From NCBI GenBank assembly GCA_963791045.1, contig CAWBQK010000011.1:256001-320000 (forward strand): a stretch of DNA of 64,000 bases. Direction: 5' to 3'. Position numbers and translations under genes: made by a program. Of this stretch, positions 19,202-29,317 are shown piece after piece. A model generated the notes under the pieces. That model was not told the DNA's origin. It saw only the letters and a list, made by a program, of their open reading frames with translations, and ran no database searches. The first letter of the stretch is position 1; the number at the start of each line of letters is the position of its first letter. This stretch comes from Candidatus Latescibacterota bacterium. GTDB taxonomy: Bacteria; Krumholzibacteriota; Krumholzibacteriia; WVZY01.

Positions 19202-19695
19202 TGGCCTACCTCCTGAAATCGGGTCACGTGAAAGAATCGGAATACGTCGATTCGAAAAAGCGCGCACGACGACACCGTGACGAATGAACCGAGTTGGGGA
19301 TGACGATTTGTAAGTAGCCGAGCGTATTCTTCAAAAAGGGGTCCGCGGTCGACATTGGTCACCTTGCCCGTTGCCGTCACGGCCTCAACCTTCATCATGT
19401 CGTTGGGGTATAAAGGACGGTTATCCACGACAAGGGCCACGTGATCGCACTCGGTCAAAAGACGATATTTGCGTGTGGCGACCGGAGTGGTAAAAACAGC
19501 GTATGAAAGGTCCTCGGAGAATGCGAAAGCCACCATTGACCCATACGGTTGGCCGTGACCCTGAGTGCACAAGACGCCGTAAAGCTGATCCTTCACCAGC
19601 CGTTGGATTTTTGGGCCAAGCCCGGACTCGTTCTCGTCTGGATCCAGCTCATGCGGAGGTCTCCGCGGGAAAAGGGGTTCGTCTGCGATGGGCAT
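19177..19695 (-). CDS. Pyridoxamine 5'-phosphate oxidase-like split-barrel protein
   Basis: VLCT...QPYGSMVAF...FTTP..TRKY..L...V.L.VDNR pattern. Confidence 0.8.
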   Translation of the reverse strand: MPIADEPLFPRRPPHELDPDENESGLGPKIQRLVKDQLYGVLCTQGHGQPYGSMVAFAFSEDLSYAVFTTPVATRKYRLLTECDHVALVVDNRPLYPNDMMKVEAVTATGKVTNVDRGPLFEEYARLLTNRHPQLGSFVTVSSCALFRIDVFRFFHVTRFQEVGQWVPPSHG

Positions 19696-19741
19696 ACAAG
19701 AACCTCGCCTGTGTTATAGGCCGAAATCTGATCCGTGACTC

Positions 19742-20566
19742 TCAGGCCACAAAAGAATAGGCAACCAGGCAGACGAACACTAAGGGGAAAAACCAGCGAC
19801 AAACGTCGTCCATTTTCTGCGCGAGAACGGGCTTGTTGCCTGCCGCCAATCGGCTCGTCACAATGGCCTGGAGGAGGGCAAAAAACACCATAATGGTGGC
19901 CCCGGTAATAAATATGTCCATACGGGTGAAATACGAAATTTTTGGAACCAGGTTCCCCAGTGCAAAGCGATAGGCGATCAAGGTGAGCATCGACGCCGTA
20001 GCGGCCCCGATTTGCGGCCCGAAAGCGCTCGGATCGATCCAGAAAACCGTCCACGACATGAACACAATCAGGGCAAGGGGAACGATCACCTTCCACAAAT
20101 AGAACGCAAAATACCTGGTCACGGCGATCTCATAAACGGCCGACGGGAGCTCCCGATCGACTATTTTATAAGTGCTGTTGTAGGCGTTCCCCTCACCGAC
20201 CTCCCAGTCGGCGACTGTGAGCGTGGAAGCTTTGCCGGTGCTTGACTGATCGATTTCTAATTCTACGGGTTCTCGGCTCCCCGCAACCAACTCGATTTTG
20301 ACAATTTGTTGGTCGAGCGGAAAATCGGTAAGGTTCATGCGAGAAGACAAAGAACCGACATATCTGGTTCGTTGCTCTGCCTTGCCGTCCGGTCTCACCG
20401 CTACCCAATCACCGGTGATTTCCCTCATCCCCTTGTTGCCGACCACCTGCAACCTGGGAGTCCAGAGCTTCTTGCTGTCCATATTGAGTGTTTCGCCGGA
20501 CTCGGCAGCCATTGATTTGTCTGTCCAGGCCGAGCGGACGACTAAGTCGATCACCACCTTTTGCAT
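19742..20566 (-). CDS. Prokaryotic pentameric ligand-gated ion channel (GLIC/ELIC family), N-terminally truncated
   Basis: WTD, WTPRL, LTDFPLDQQ (Pro-loop) and four TM helices including PKISYFT. No signal peptide; in-frame stop 20 codons upstream of the ATG. Confidence 0.8.
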   Translation of the reverse strand: MQKVVIDLVVRSAWTDKSMAAESGETLNMDSKKLWTPRLQVVGNKGMREITGDWVAVRPDGKAEQRTRYVGSLSSRMNLTDFPLDQQIVKIELVAGSREPVELEIDQSSTGKASTLTVADWEVGEGNAYNSTYKIVDRELPSAVYEIAVTRYFAFYLWKVIVPLALIVFMSWTVFWIDPSAFGPQIGAATASMLTLIAYRFALGNLVPKISYFTRMDIFITGATIMVFFALLQAIVTSRLAAGNKPVLAQKMDDVCRWFFPLVFVCLVAYSFVA

Positions 20567-20686
20567 ATCGGTTGCCTCTTCCAGTGGTTCTTCAAAAACA
20601 GTGTAGTCCCAGGCGCAATAATATTACTTTCCCTGGCTCCCAAAGGTCAACGGGTTCGCGAACTTTTCCCCGTAAATGGAAGGGTC

Positions 20687-20869
20687 TTAGTGGGAGTCAG
20701 GAGGCAACTGACAAACAGGTTTCATTTCAATTTTACCGGGTGTGACAACACGGAAATCCAGCCATGGCGGCGTGATCTTTTGAAGATTGCCCGCGTCTGC
20801 AAAAAAGGGGAAGACTTCTTCAACTGGTCGCGGTAGCCATATCTCGGTGTTCAAGGTGTGGGTCTTCAT
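20687..20869 (-). pseudogene. Truncated SRPBCC-family protein
   Basis: LPRPVEEVFPFF.DA.NL.KITPPW is a typical SRPBCC N-terminus; similarity ends after about 50 aa. Confidence 0.75.
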
Positions 20870-21868
20870 GCGCCATCCCTTTGCCTTATTAGTTTTGAAC
20901 CGAAATCAGGACGCGACAGTGGTCTAGTGCCATTTTTGTCTATTTGGATCCGGCGCGACGGGCCGTCCAATATGTCCTTGAGCGCTGCGTCCAGCTTAGG
21001 ATAGGCAAACGCGAACCCGTTGGCGAGCGGCTTTTCGGGGAGAACTCTTTTGCTGTTTAGGACTTCTGATGCTATCCCCCCGAAAAGCCTGAGAATGAAC
21101 CGCGGTATGTTGACCAGCGGCCGCTTTTCGATAGCGCGTGAAAGAGATTCAGTGAATTCGGCCTGACCCGACGGGATGGGGCGCGACTGCGTTGAGAGGC
21201 CCGTTTATCCCGCTTCCCAGAGCAAAAATAATCAATCGGGCAACGTCTTCGATGTGAACCCAGGGCCACCACTGCGCTCCGCCGCCCATGCGGCCGAACA
21301 ATCCGGCTCGAGCCGCAGTGAGCAGCGATTGGAGCATCCCGCCGCCCCGGCCAAGTACGAGGCCGATTCGAACGGGGACGACGCGTACGCCCATTTTCGT
21401 TGCTTTCATGGCCTCGAATTCCCATTCCTGGCAGACTTCGGACAGAAAATCTCCTCCGTGTGGAGACGAGTTTTCCGTCAGCCGGTCGTCGTCCCGACTG
21501 CCGTAGTAGCCCACTCCGCTCGCAGTGATCAGCACTCTCGGGCGAAGGGAGACTTTCCCGAGTGCCGAAACGAGCTTCATGGTTCCCGCAACCCGACTCT
21601 CTCTAATCGCACGCTTCTTCGCGGGGGTCCAAAGACCGACGACGCTTTCTCCCGCGAGATGAATTATTGCGTCCGCCCCCTCGAGAATTGAAGGGGACAG
21701 GTCCGCATTGATTGGATCCCATTCGACGAAACGGTCAACATAAGTGTTTTCGCGTCGTGTGACTTCGGCGTTGCGTGTCAAACCGGTTATCACATGCCCG
21801 GCCTCCGACAGCTTCTCGCACAAGTGTCTCCCGACAAAACCTGTTGCTCCTGTAACGATGATTTTAAT
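20866..21868 (-). pseudogene. TIGR01777/YfcH-family NAD-dependent epimerase with ATT in place of the start codon and a +1 frameshift
   Basis: SD AAGGA then ATT-KIIVTGATGFVG; IHLAGE, ESRV.GT, WVHIED. The frame shifts near 21168 and continues QAEFTESL...SKRVLP...GFAFAYP to TGA at 20866. Confidence 0.8.
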
Positions 21869-22009
21869 TTTGTTCCTTTAGAATTGTTGCGATGCTCTTT
21901 ATCAATTATCAAAAGCCGGGCCTCGGATAGTCATCCCCACTGAGTTTTAAAACCCCATGACTAACCACAAACCCGGCCTTTGGATCGCGTCAAGAGGTGA
22001 AGAACTCGA

Positions 22010-22474
22010 TCAAGTACCCCTTGTTCTTAATGTTCCCAACCCTCCATCGACACCAAAAACCTGACCCGTCACCCAATCGTTTGTTGGCGCTAACAACCAT
22101 TCGATCATCGATGCCACATCATCCGGTTTTCCAATTCTCCCCAGTGCGTGCATCGCGGTGGAAGTCTTGAGCGCTCTTTCGCTCGTCGTGATTCGCGATG
22201 TCGCCGGGGTGTCTACCATTCCCGGAGCGACACAGTTCACGATTCCAGCGATTCCCCCAAGCGCTTCGGCGGATTCGGCGATCAGGCCTTCAACCTGGCC
22301 GGCGTCGGTGGCGTCGGCGACCATTGGAATTGACCCGGTGGCCTGCGCGAGCAACTCAATCTTCTCGGGGGCGCGTCCGGCGGCGACTACGTCGGCGCCT
22401 CGGGAACGGAGCCGTTGGGTGAGCGTTGTCCCAACTCCCCCCGAGGCGCCGAAAACCACATATCCAGCCATCAT
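22010..22474 (-). pseudogene. Short-chain dehydrogenase/reductase with in-frame internal deletion
   Basis: GASGGVG N-terminus joins at NCV directly to APGMVDT...GRIG.P.D...VTGQ...VDGG; no YxxxK catalytic segment. Confidence 0.8.
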
Positions 22475-22660
22475 TTCATCTCCAAGGGTTTATTTAGTAA
22501 CAACTTAAGGTATCTCGACTTTTAATTGGCCTTGATGCACAATCTGTGTACTGCTTATGAGTCGCACTTTTGTCTATTAAATTACATAGAAAATAATGGA
22601 CAAATCCTGGACAGAGTGGCTGCCGCAGCCTGTGCTGTAACGTAAACATGTGAATGCGGG

Positions 22661-24091
22661 CTATTGTTTGTTTGGAGCGATGGCGCTGAACAGCGGGTTT
22701 GCAACGAGGGAGACGAGCATACCAATGGTGCCTGCTTCGGGTGACGATGAACCATTTATGTAAAGCGCGAGGCAGGTGCCGAGACCGAGCACTGCGGATG
22801 CGATCGCACCGACCTTGTTGACCTTTTTTGTAAATAGCCCCCAAATAAATGGACCGAGAAATACGGATCCGATTGCGCCCCATGACACGGCAAGAATCGC
22901 GACGATCGTCGCCGGTTTGAAATACGCGAGCACGACAGAGAGTGCGATAAAAATTGTGCTGCAAATCCGCATCATCGTAGTGAGTTTCTTGTCGTCGGCG
23001 TTCTTGCCGATAAATCCCGCGTACAGATCTTTTACAACCGATGAGCTCGATACGAGAACCAACGCGGCGAGAGTCGACATCGATGCGGACAGGATGAGAA
23101 GCAGCATCAGCACGGAGAGTGACTCCGGGACAACCTGGACGAGAAGCTCCGGCATCAGCGCGTCAAACACGGGCTTTCCGTCGTTGAACGCGGCTGGCGC
23201 GTTTTCCGGCGACAAGAAAAGGCGCGTGGTCGCGCCCGCGAAGTACGCGATCCCCGCTATCAAGATCGCGAAAAGGGTCGACGCGATCATTCCGATTCGT
23301 ATCGAGCGTTTGTCCTTTATCGCGTAGAACTTTTGCACCAGTTGGGGCATCCCCAGCGGCGCGATACTGGTGAGAAAAACAAGACAGAAGAGTGGCCACC
23401 ATCCCGGGGGGCCGACGACGCGCGTCAGATCGGGATGAATTTGGGTAAGTCCCTGGGTAATGTTCGCGAGCCCGCCTCCATGGTGGAGCGTGTATCCGAA
23501 CAGGATAACGACACCGGCGATCATTATCTGTCCGAATACTACATCGATCATCGCCATCGACCGGTAGCCGCCCATCACCATATACATGGCGGTGAACCAG
23601 CCCATCAACGCCAGCGCCGACGTGTACTGTATATTAAAATTTGATTTGAAGAGATAGGACAGCCCCATGAAAACAGCGGCTGAGTAGGGGACAAAGAAAA
23701 CAAAGATGGCCAGCGCGGCGAAGAGTTTCAAGAACCGGCTTCCGTACCGTTTTTCCAGGAATTCGGGCATCGTGTGGACGTCGTACTCCAGCGACATTTT
23801 TTTGATCCGATGGCCAACGAGCCCCCAAACGGCCAGCACGCCGATCAACGAGTTCCCGACGGCAATCCAGAGGCCCGAATACCCGAAACCCCATCCGATT
23901 TTGCCCGCGAAGCCAATGAACAAGACGGCGGAAAAGTATGCCGTCGCGTACGTAAACGCCGTCATCCACGGGCCGACGTTACCGCCGCCAAGAAAGAAGT
24001 CCGAGAACGAACGCGTCCTTCGCATCCCAACCACGCCCACCGCGATTATCATCACCGCGTACAGGACTATAACAACCACTTTGACGATCAT
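22661..24091 (-). CDS. Sodium:solute symporter (SSS family)
   Basis: DFFLGG..GPW, TMPEFLEKRY, PQLVQKFY, LSASMST; many TM helices. Confidence 0.92.
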   Translation of the reverse strand: MIVKVVVIVLYAVMIIAVGVVGMRRTRSFSDFFLGGGNVGPWMTAFTYATAYFSAVLFIGFAGKIGWGFGYSGLWIAVGNSLIGVLAVWGLVGHRIKKMSLEYDVHTMPEFLEKRYGSRFLKLFAALAIFVFFVPYSAAVFMGLSYLFKSNFNIQYTSALALMGWFTAMYMVMGGYRSMAMIDVVFGQIMIAGVVILFGYTLHHGGGLANITQGLTQIHPDLTRVVGPPGWWPLFCLVFLTSIAPLGMPQLVQKFYAIKDKRSIRIGMIASTLFAILIAGIAYFAGATTRLFLSPENAPAAFNDGKPVFDALMPELLVQVVPESLSVLMLLLILSASMSTLAALVLVSSSSVVKDLYAGFIGKNADDKKLTTMMRICSTIFIALSVVLAYFKPATIVAILAVSWGAIGSVFLGPFIWGLFTKKVNKVGAIASAVLGLGTCLALYINGSSSPEAGTIGMLVSLVANPLFSAIAPNKQ

Positions 24092-24164
24092 TCGTTAACC
24101 CTTCCTGGAATGTGCCCGCCCGCCGCCGCGTGTCGTCCAGTGAACGCCAACCCGTCCACAAGAA

Positions 24165-25463
24165 TCAAAAATCGAGATCGACTTCCCAGAACGCCTCGGT
24201 CGCGGGGTCATTCCGGTCGACAAACGCGCTTCCGGGGTCGATCATGGCGGCGTAAACAGCGACTGAGACGTGTTTTGAATATCGGTACTTTCCGAAGAAC
24301 TGATAGTAATCCCCAAAATCATCGCTGGTTCCCGCCGTGTACCGATCCACGAAGATTTTCGAATAAGACAGCCGCGCCGTCAACGATTCGATTGGCTGAA
24401 AGCCGATTCCGCCGCCGAACATATTGAAATTCGAATAGACCGCCTCGCCGCCGACCGTGCTCCCGGAATTGTACTTTGGATCATAGATCGCGATCGAGTT
24501 ATTCGAACCGACATTGACGTATTTCCAAACGAGAAGATCGCCGTACTGCGGCCAACCGCCATAGAACACGTCCCAAGCCTCGTTCTTGTCTTCCGTGCAC
24601 GAATGGTCCCCGGATAATCTCACAAACTGTCCCCACAGCCGAGGCCGAGTCGCGACTTCTTTGAACCGGAAACCGGCGTCGAGTTTGAAACCGTATGCGT
24701 CCTGATCGACTCCCGTCATGAATTTCCCCATCTGCCACGCGCCCTCGGCCTGGTAGTCAAATCCGATTCCGTAGGTCTTCGAGAGCCGAGCCCCGGCCAT
24801 GTAGATGTCCTTGCCGATCAGCTCGTCGTGTCGGTTGAGCGCGTAGACTTCCTGCTTACCGACAGGGTTGGAGTAGTCCGCCGTGAAATAGAGACCGGCC
24901 ATGGTGATGTCGTCGGGTGACGTGTTGTCGCGCGCTTTCTCTTTCTCCTTCAAATACATCGCATCGAGGCTCAAGCCTTCGCGAATTCGCCACGCGAGTT
25001 TGACCCCGTCAAAATACAATGAGGTGGAAGCAAACTGGGACTGCCCGTCGAAAAGCACCCATCCCGCACCGTACATCGCGGACTGTCTGCCGAAACGAAT
25101 GTCGATCGGTTTGTCGAATACATTGCGGATGTCGACATAGGCGGCGTCGACAAAAAACTTATTGCTGCGGTTGTCCGATTCCCACTGGCCGTCGTATGTC
25201 ACGCCCTCGCCGAAATTCTGATTTCCAAAACGAATGTATGCCTGAATATCCTCGTCGACGTCGACCGAAAAGAATATACGGGTCCGTTGCCGGAATGTGG
25301 TCCACTGGTCCCAGTTGTTCGAGTCGTCGAAGTCCCACATGTTATTGAGATAGTACCCGCGCATCCGTACCTCGCCGCCAAACTTGACATCCTTCATGTC
25401 GACCGCGAACGATGTCCCGCAGATGAAGAGCAGCAGCGCCGCACAAATATGTCGTGATTTCAC
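24165..25463 (-). CDS. Alginate-export (AlgE-like) family outer-membrane porin
   Basis: Signal peptide, GGEVRMRG, RFGRQ...YG, FDGVK, SGD and C-terminal Phe. Confidence 0.75.
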   Translation of the reverse strand: MKSRHICAALLLFICGTSFAVDMKDVKFGGEVRMRGYYLNNMWDFDDSNNWDQWTTFRQRTRIFFSVDVDEDIQAYIRFGNQNFGEGVTYDGQWESDNRSNKFFVDAAYVDIRNVFDKPIDIRFGRQSAMYGAGWVLFDGQSQFASTSLYFDGVKLAWRIREGLSLDAMYLKEKEKARDNTSPDDITMAGLYFTADYSNPVGKQEVYALNRHDELIGKDIYMAGARLSKTYGIGFDYQAEGAWQMGKFMTGVDQDAYGFKLDAGFRFKEVATRPRLWGQFVRLSGDHSCTEDKNEAWDVFYGGWPQYGDLLVWKYVNVGSNNSIAIYDPKYNSGSTVGGEAVYSNFNMFGGGIGFQPIESLTARLSYSKIFVDRYTAGTSDDFGDYYQFFGKYRYSKHVSVAVYAAMIDPGSAFVDRNDPATEAFWEVDLDF

Positions 25464-25654
25464 GGTTCCTCCCGGGTGTGAATGTCAAACAGCCTGAAAT
25501 GAGAGCGAGCGACAACCAGCGCCAGTCATCACGATTCGATCAATGAAGGCCATTGTTGAAAACGCAATCGTTCGCCGGTTTGTGCGGCGATGGCGGTGGA
25601 TGCCGCTCGCACGGGTTCGGGGCTTGACGAGCGTAAATCCCTACAGAGAATTAC

Positions 25655-27301
25655 TTAGAATTTTTCGTCGTACTTTGTCCAAAGCTCGTCGCCGAGTGTC
25701 CAGGCCCTCTCAACCACTCGATCTCCCCACTCGATTCCGTATTCGGTCAGATATTTTCGTGCTTTTTTGTCGTTCTTCTCCAGGAGTCGGACCGCTTCTG
25801 ACTCGACGGCCGCCTGGTTGTCGAACAGTTCTTTTTGCATCGGTCCCCATACGGCGGTGACGTCGTGGCGCATGTCGCCCCAACGCTGCGCGGTCAATGT
25901 GCCCAGACGGTTGAACGCCCACCACGCCGAATCATGGGTATATCCGGTTACCCTTCCCGGTGTCTTGTAGAAATCCGAGACATCGGTCACCGAACAGTAG
26001 ATCGGGACATAAATCGAAGACGCGACATTATCCATCCCTATCCATGAGACTCCGCCGACCTCGTCGGGGAGCCAGTCGCGCGACTGGGTGATCGTGGCAT
26101 ACATCGTGTACCAGCGTGCGATCGTTCTCTCGCCGCGCCAGCTCCAACCGCCGTTTATGTCGAATATCTTATTCATGTCGTAGGGCATGAACGGGTTGGC
26201 CAGCGGGGAGATTTCGTGTTTTCCATCCTCGTTTACCCACGTGATGTTTTTGACGAAATTATAATCGGTGCCCTCATAGTAATCCTGAAACATCCGGACC
26301 ATCTTTTCGAGGGTGATGAGCGTGTCCGGTTTGACCGAGAAAGGGAACAGGTTCGAATTGGCGTGAAGACCGGCTGACGGCGCGCTCAGGTCGAGAACGC
26401 GCCACTCCCGCCGCGTTGCGGCGTACGACCGCCGGCCATCCGGATCGTACGAGTAACAGTAACTAAACGGACCCTCTTCCGGATTCCACCATCCGCTGTC
26501 CTGCGCCATGGTTGTGACGTGTTTGGCCGCCATGAAATACTCGGTATCCTCGAAGTCGATTGTATGGATCCGGCTCGCGTTGGCGCTTACACACACCTCG
26601 TCATCGGGCACACGCTGAGCGGCCCAAATCGAGCCGCGGTTGCCCTTGCCGGCGCCTGTGACTTCGAAATGCCATGCCTCGTCGGGATCGCAGAACGAAA
26701 GACACTCGCCGACATCCGTCCATCCATATTTCTCGGTCAGTTCGCCCGCCATTTTCACTGCTTCCCTCGCCGTTTCACAGCGTTCGAGGAGAAGCTGAAC
26801 GAGCTGCTGGCAGTCGATAAGCCCGTTGTCGGATTGGAGCGACTCGCGCCCGCCAAAAGTGGATTCACCTATCGCGAGCTGTTTGTCGTTCATGCATGGA
26901 TACGCTGTATTTATAAACCCATGTGTATATTCAGCTTGTGGGATTTCTCCGACGGTCGGGTGCATGTAGCCGGGCATGGCCAGCGTATCGCATTTCATCC
27001 GCCTGACCATCGTCGCCATCGAGCCCTTCTTGTGCTTTTTTGCCGGGACAATGTTGAACCACGAACGCGTCCGATGGCTGTCACATGTGTGTGATGTCAT
27101 AACGGAACCGTCGGCGGACGCCTTTTTGCCGACCGTAATAATAGTGCATTCATCTACGCGTTTATCAACGGGGTACGGATTATTGGATTTTTCGGTTCCC
27201 CCGGCCGCTCCCGCGAAGAGGGCGACGGCCACGAATGCCGTCACCGGCCAGATCATGTTCTTGTGAAAGTCGAATGCGCGTTTGATGGTGAAGCCTCCCA
27301 T
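25655..27301 (-). CDS. C69-family dipeptidase (Ntn hydrolase), secreted
   Basis: CTIITVGKKASADGS (nucleophile Cys), MNDKQLAIGESTF, WAAQRVPDD and RREWR; hydrophobic leader. Start uncertain. Confidence 0.88.
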   Translation of the reverse strand: MGGFTIKRAFDFHKNMIWPVTAFVAVALFAGAAGGTEKSNNPYPVDKRVDECTIITVGKKASADGSVMTSHTCDSHRTRSWFNIVPAKKHKKGSMATMVRRMKCDTLAMPGYMHPTVGEIPQAEYTHGFINTAYPCMNDKQLAIGESTFGGRESLQSDNGLIDCQQLVQLLLERCETAREAVKMAGELTEKYGWTDVGECLSFCDPDEAWHFEVTGAGKGNRGSIWAAQRVPDDEVCVSANASRIHTIDFEDTEYFMAAKHVTTMAQDSGWWNPEEGPFSYCYSYDPDGRRSYAATRREWRVLDLSAPSAGLHANSNLFPFSVKPDTLITLEKMVRMFQDYYEGTDYNFVKNITWVNEDGKHEISPLANPFMPYDMNKIFDINGGWSWRGERTIARWYTMYATITQSRDWLPDEVGGVSWIGMDNVASSIYVPIYCSVTDVSDFYKTPGRVTGYTHDSAWWAFNRLGTLTAQRWGDMRHDVTAVWGPMQKELFDNQAAVESEAVRLLEKNDKKARKYLTEYGIEWGDRVVERAWTLGDELWTKYDEKF

Positions 27302-27309
27302 GGTTGAAT

Positions 27310-27660
27310 CTACTTGGACGATTCCGTGTTTTCGCCTTCCGGCGTATCCGCCCTTTTGATGGCGAGGGCGCGTGTCAGTTCGGTTATCGACTCCTGGAGT
27401 TCGCGTATTCGCGAATACAGCAGCATGCACACAAAGGCAAGACCGAGAATGGTCAGATAAAAAAACAAATCGACGCCGCGGCCGACGCCAACGGCGTTCG
27501 CCACTGTCGTGGTAAAATCGGGAACGACGGTCATAACAATACCCAGGGCCGCAAAAAATAAAACGATCAAACGATCGAGCACACCGGTGCGAAGGCGGCT
27601 GAAATACGCGTAAGTCCCGGCGATCAACAACACGATGAGAATAAATTGGACCGGTCTCAT
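27310..27660 (-). CDS. DUF2304-family membrane protein
   Basis: A..VGVGRGVDL motif, TM helices and C-terminal ITELTR..A; ATGA overlap with the GT2 gene. Confidence 0.85.
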   Translation of the reverse strand: MRPVQFILIVLLIAGTYAYFSRLRTGVLDRLIVLFFAALGIVMTVVPDFTTTVANAVGVGRGVDLFFYLTILGLAFVCMLLYSRIRELQESITELTRALAIKRADTPEGENTESSK

Positions 27661-28340
27661 CGAAAAATCCTCCTCAGCAACATGTCCATCACGATCTTGA
27701 TCGAGTTCCACATCGATTGGCCTTTGGCCCTGGAATAGTCAGTATAAACGATTGCCGTTGGGCGTTCGACAACTCTGAGTTTGTTGTGCCGGATCTGCGC
27801 AAGGATCTCCGAAGCGTGGGCAAAGCGATTCTCCTGAAGATCCAGTTTGCGGGCGGCATCGGCCGTCATTGCGCGAAAGCCGTTGTGAGCGTCGGTCAGC
27901 CGAACTCCGGTCAGAACCCAGTTTACAAAAACGCCTGTCTTGAGCAGCAGCCTCTTCACCGATGGGACCGCGGCGCGATCCTCGTCGCGAAGGAAGCGCG
28001 AGCCAAGAACGACATCCGCCTCGCCCTTCTCGAGTGGTTCAAGGAGAACGGGAATGTCGGCGGCGTTGTGTTGTCCGTCGGCGTCGAAGTGGACAAGGTA
28101 CGCGGCCTTTTTGCAGAGAGCGAATGACATCCCCGTCTGGAGCGATGCCCCCTGACCGAGATTTATGGCATGATGAAGCGAATAAACGGGAAGCGACCTG
28201 ATGACGGCGAGGCCGTTGTCGGTGGACGCGTCGTCAACACACACAACCGAGTACCCTTTATCGAGAAGGGACTCGAGGGATGATGCAATGACGGCGCCTT
28301 CATTGTAGAGAGGCACGACGATAAATACGGAACTGTTCAT
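27657..28340 (-). CDS. Family 2 glycosyltransferase (DPM1-like)
   Basis: VPLYNE, VDDASTD, NLGQGASL, FDADGQH, GSRF and TDAHNGFR. Confidence 0.92.
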   Translation of the reverse strand: MNSSVFIVVPLYNEGAVIASSLESLLDKGYSVVCVDDASTDNGLAVIRSLPVYSLHHAINLGQGASLQTGMSFALCKKAAYLVHFDADGQHNAADIPVLLEPLEKGEADVVLGSRFLRDEDRAAVPSVKRLLLKTGVFVNWVLTGVRLTDAHNGFRAMTADAARKLDLQENRFAHASEILAQIRHNKLRVVERPTAIVYTDYSRAKGQSMWNSIKIVMDMLLRRIFR

Positions 28341-28427
28341 ACCCCATCAGGATACACATTCCAAGCGTGTGGGTCAGTGATATTCTACGCCGGAGAAGAA
28401 GATTCGAAGAAGAGTTGAAATGCGGCG

Positions 28428-29147
28428 TTAGCGTTTGAGCGGTTTGAGGGCGATCTCGACGGCCTTTTTGTTTCGTTTGGGGTTTGTAAACAATTCCTGC
28501 CGGGGGACATTTTCAAAATCTTTCCCCGATATTCTCGATAGCGCCTCGATTCCGCCGGCGCTCGAATAAAGCTCGGTCCCGTCTTCGTCCCGGATGCTGA
28601 CGATAAGCGACAACGCACCGATAATTCCGCGCTGCGAACCGGAGAACACCGATGACATCGGTCCGCCGGAGTCAATCCGCTGCGAGGCGCCGTCCCAAAC
28701 AGCGTTGCCCGCGGCGAACTCCGCCTCGACCACAACAATATCCGGAATCAGTACGGCATTGAGCTCGAAACCTGCTTTCAACGTGTCGAGCGTCGCGAAC
28801 ATCGCCTGTGTCAATTTGACCTGATTGCGGAGCCCCGTATCCGGATCGTGAATTCCGCCCAACTGCGAACAGACTCTCTCCCAAACGGTCGTATATTCCT
28901 CCGGGCGGAGAACGGTATAGCCGTAACTCCTGAGGCGCTCCTCGATCATCTCCTCAAACTCGATCTGGATCGCCTCCGCATCGGGAAGTCCCTCGGTAAT
29001 TGTGACCGGGGCCAGCGCGATGATCTTGACCGTGTTCTTGAATTCCTTCTTGGGGACGAGATACGGATCGGTTTTGACAACCTTCGGTTTGGTCGAACAG
29101 CCGGCCACAAAAAAGGCCGCGAGCAGTATAATTACAATCGTTCGCAT
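28428..29147 (-). CDS. Hypothetical lipoprotein
   Basis: VAGC lipobox, GAGGA SD and an upstream sigma-70-like promoter. Confidence 0.75.
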   Translation of the reverse strand: MRTIVIILLAAFFVAGCSTKPKVVKTDPYLVPKKEFKNTVKIIALAPVTITEGLPDAEAIQIEFEEMIEERLRSYGYTVLRPEEYTTVWERVCSQLGGIHDPDTGLRNQVKLTQAMFATLDTLKAGFELNAVLIPDIVVVEAEFAAGNAVWDGASQRIDSGGPMSSVFSGSQRGIIGALSLIVSIRDEDGTELYSSAGGIEALSRISGKDFENVPRQELFTNPKRNKKAVEIALKPLKR

Positions 29148-29190
29148 CGACTGTCCTCTGGGAAACGAGACGGGGTTCTACCCAGCGGGT

Positions 29191-29219
29191 AGCTTAACGT
29201 GGGGTGACTGGCGTGTCAA
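29191..29219 (-). promoter_or_regulatory. Putative sigma-70 promoter
   Basis: Minus strand TTGACA-17 nt-TAAGCT. Confidence 0.6.
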
Positions 29220-29317
29220 TGGTTTCAAAAATCGCTCGTCGACACGCGAAATCCGTTCTATATCAATGTGGTGAAAAGGGAAGCTCAGGTCAATGTCTTA
29301 TTCTCGCGTTTGTCCCG

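Noticed and set aside
21149-21151. Selenocysteine read-through at TGA stops of broken genes (prompted by the YgeY-like hydrolase)
   Set aside because: Homology continues in a different frame rather than past the TGA, so these are frameshifts.
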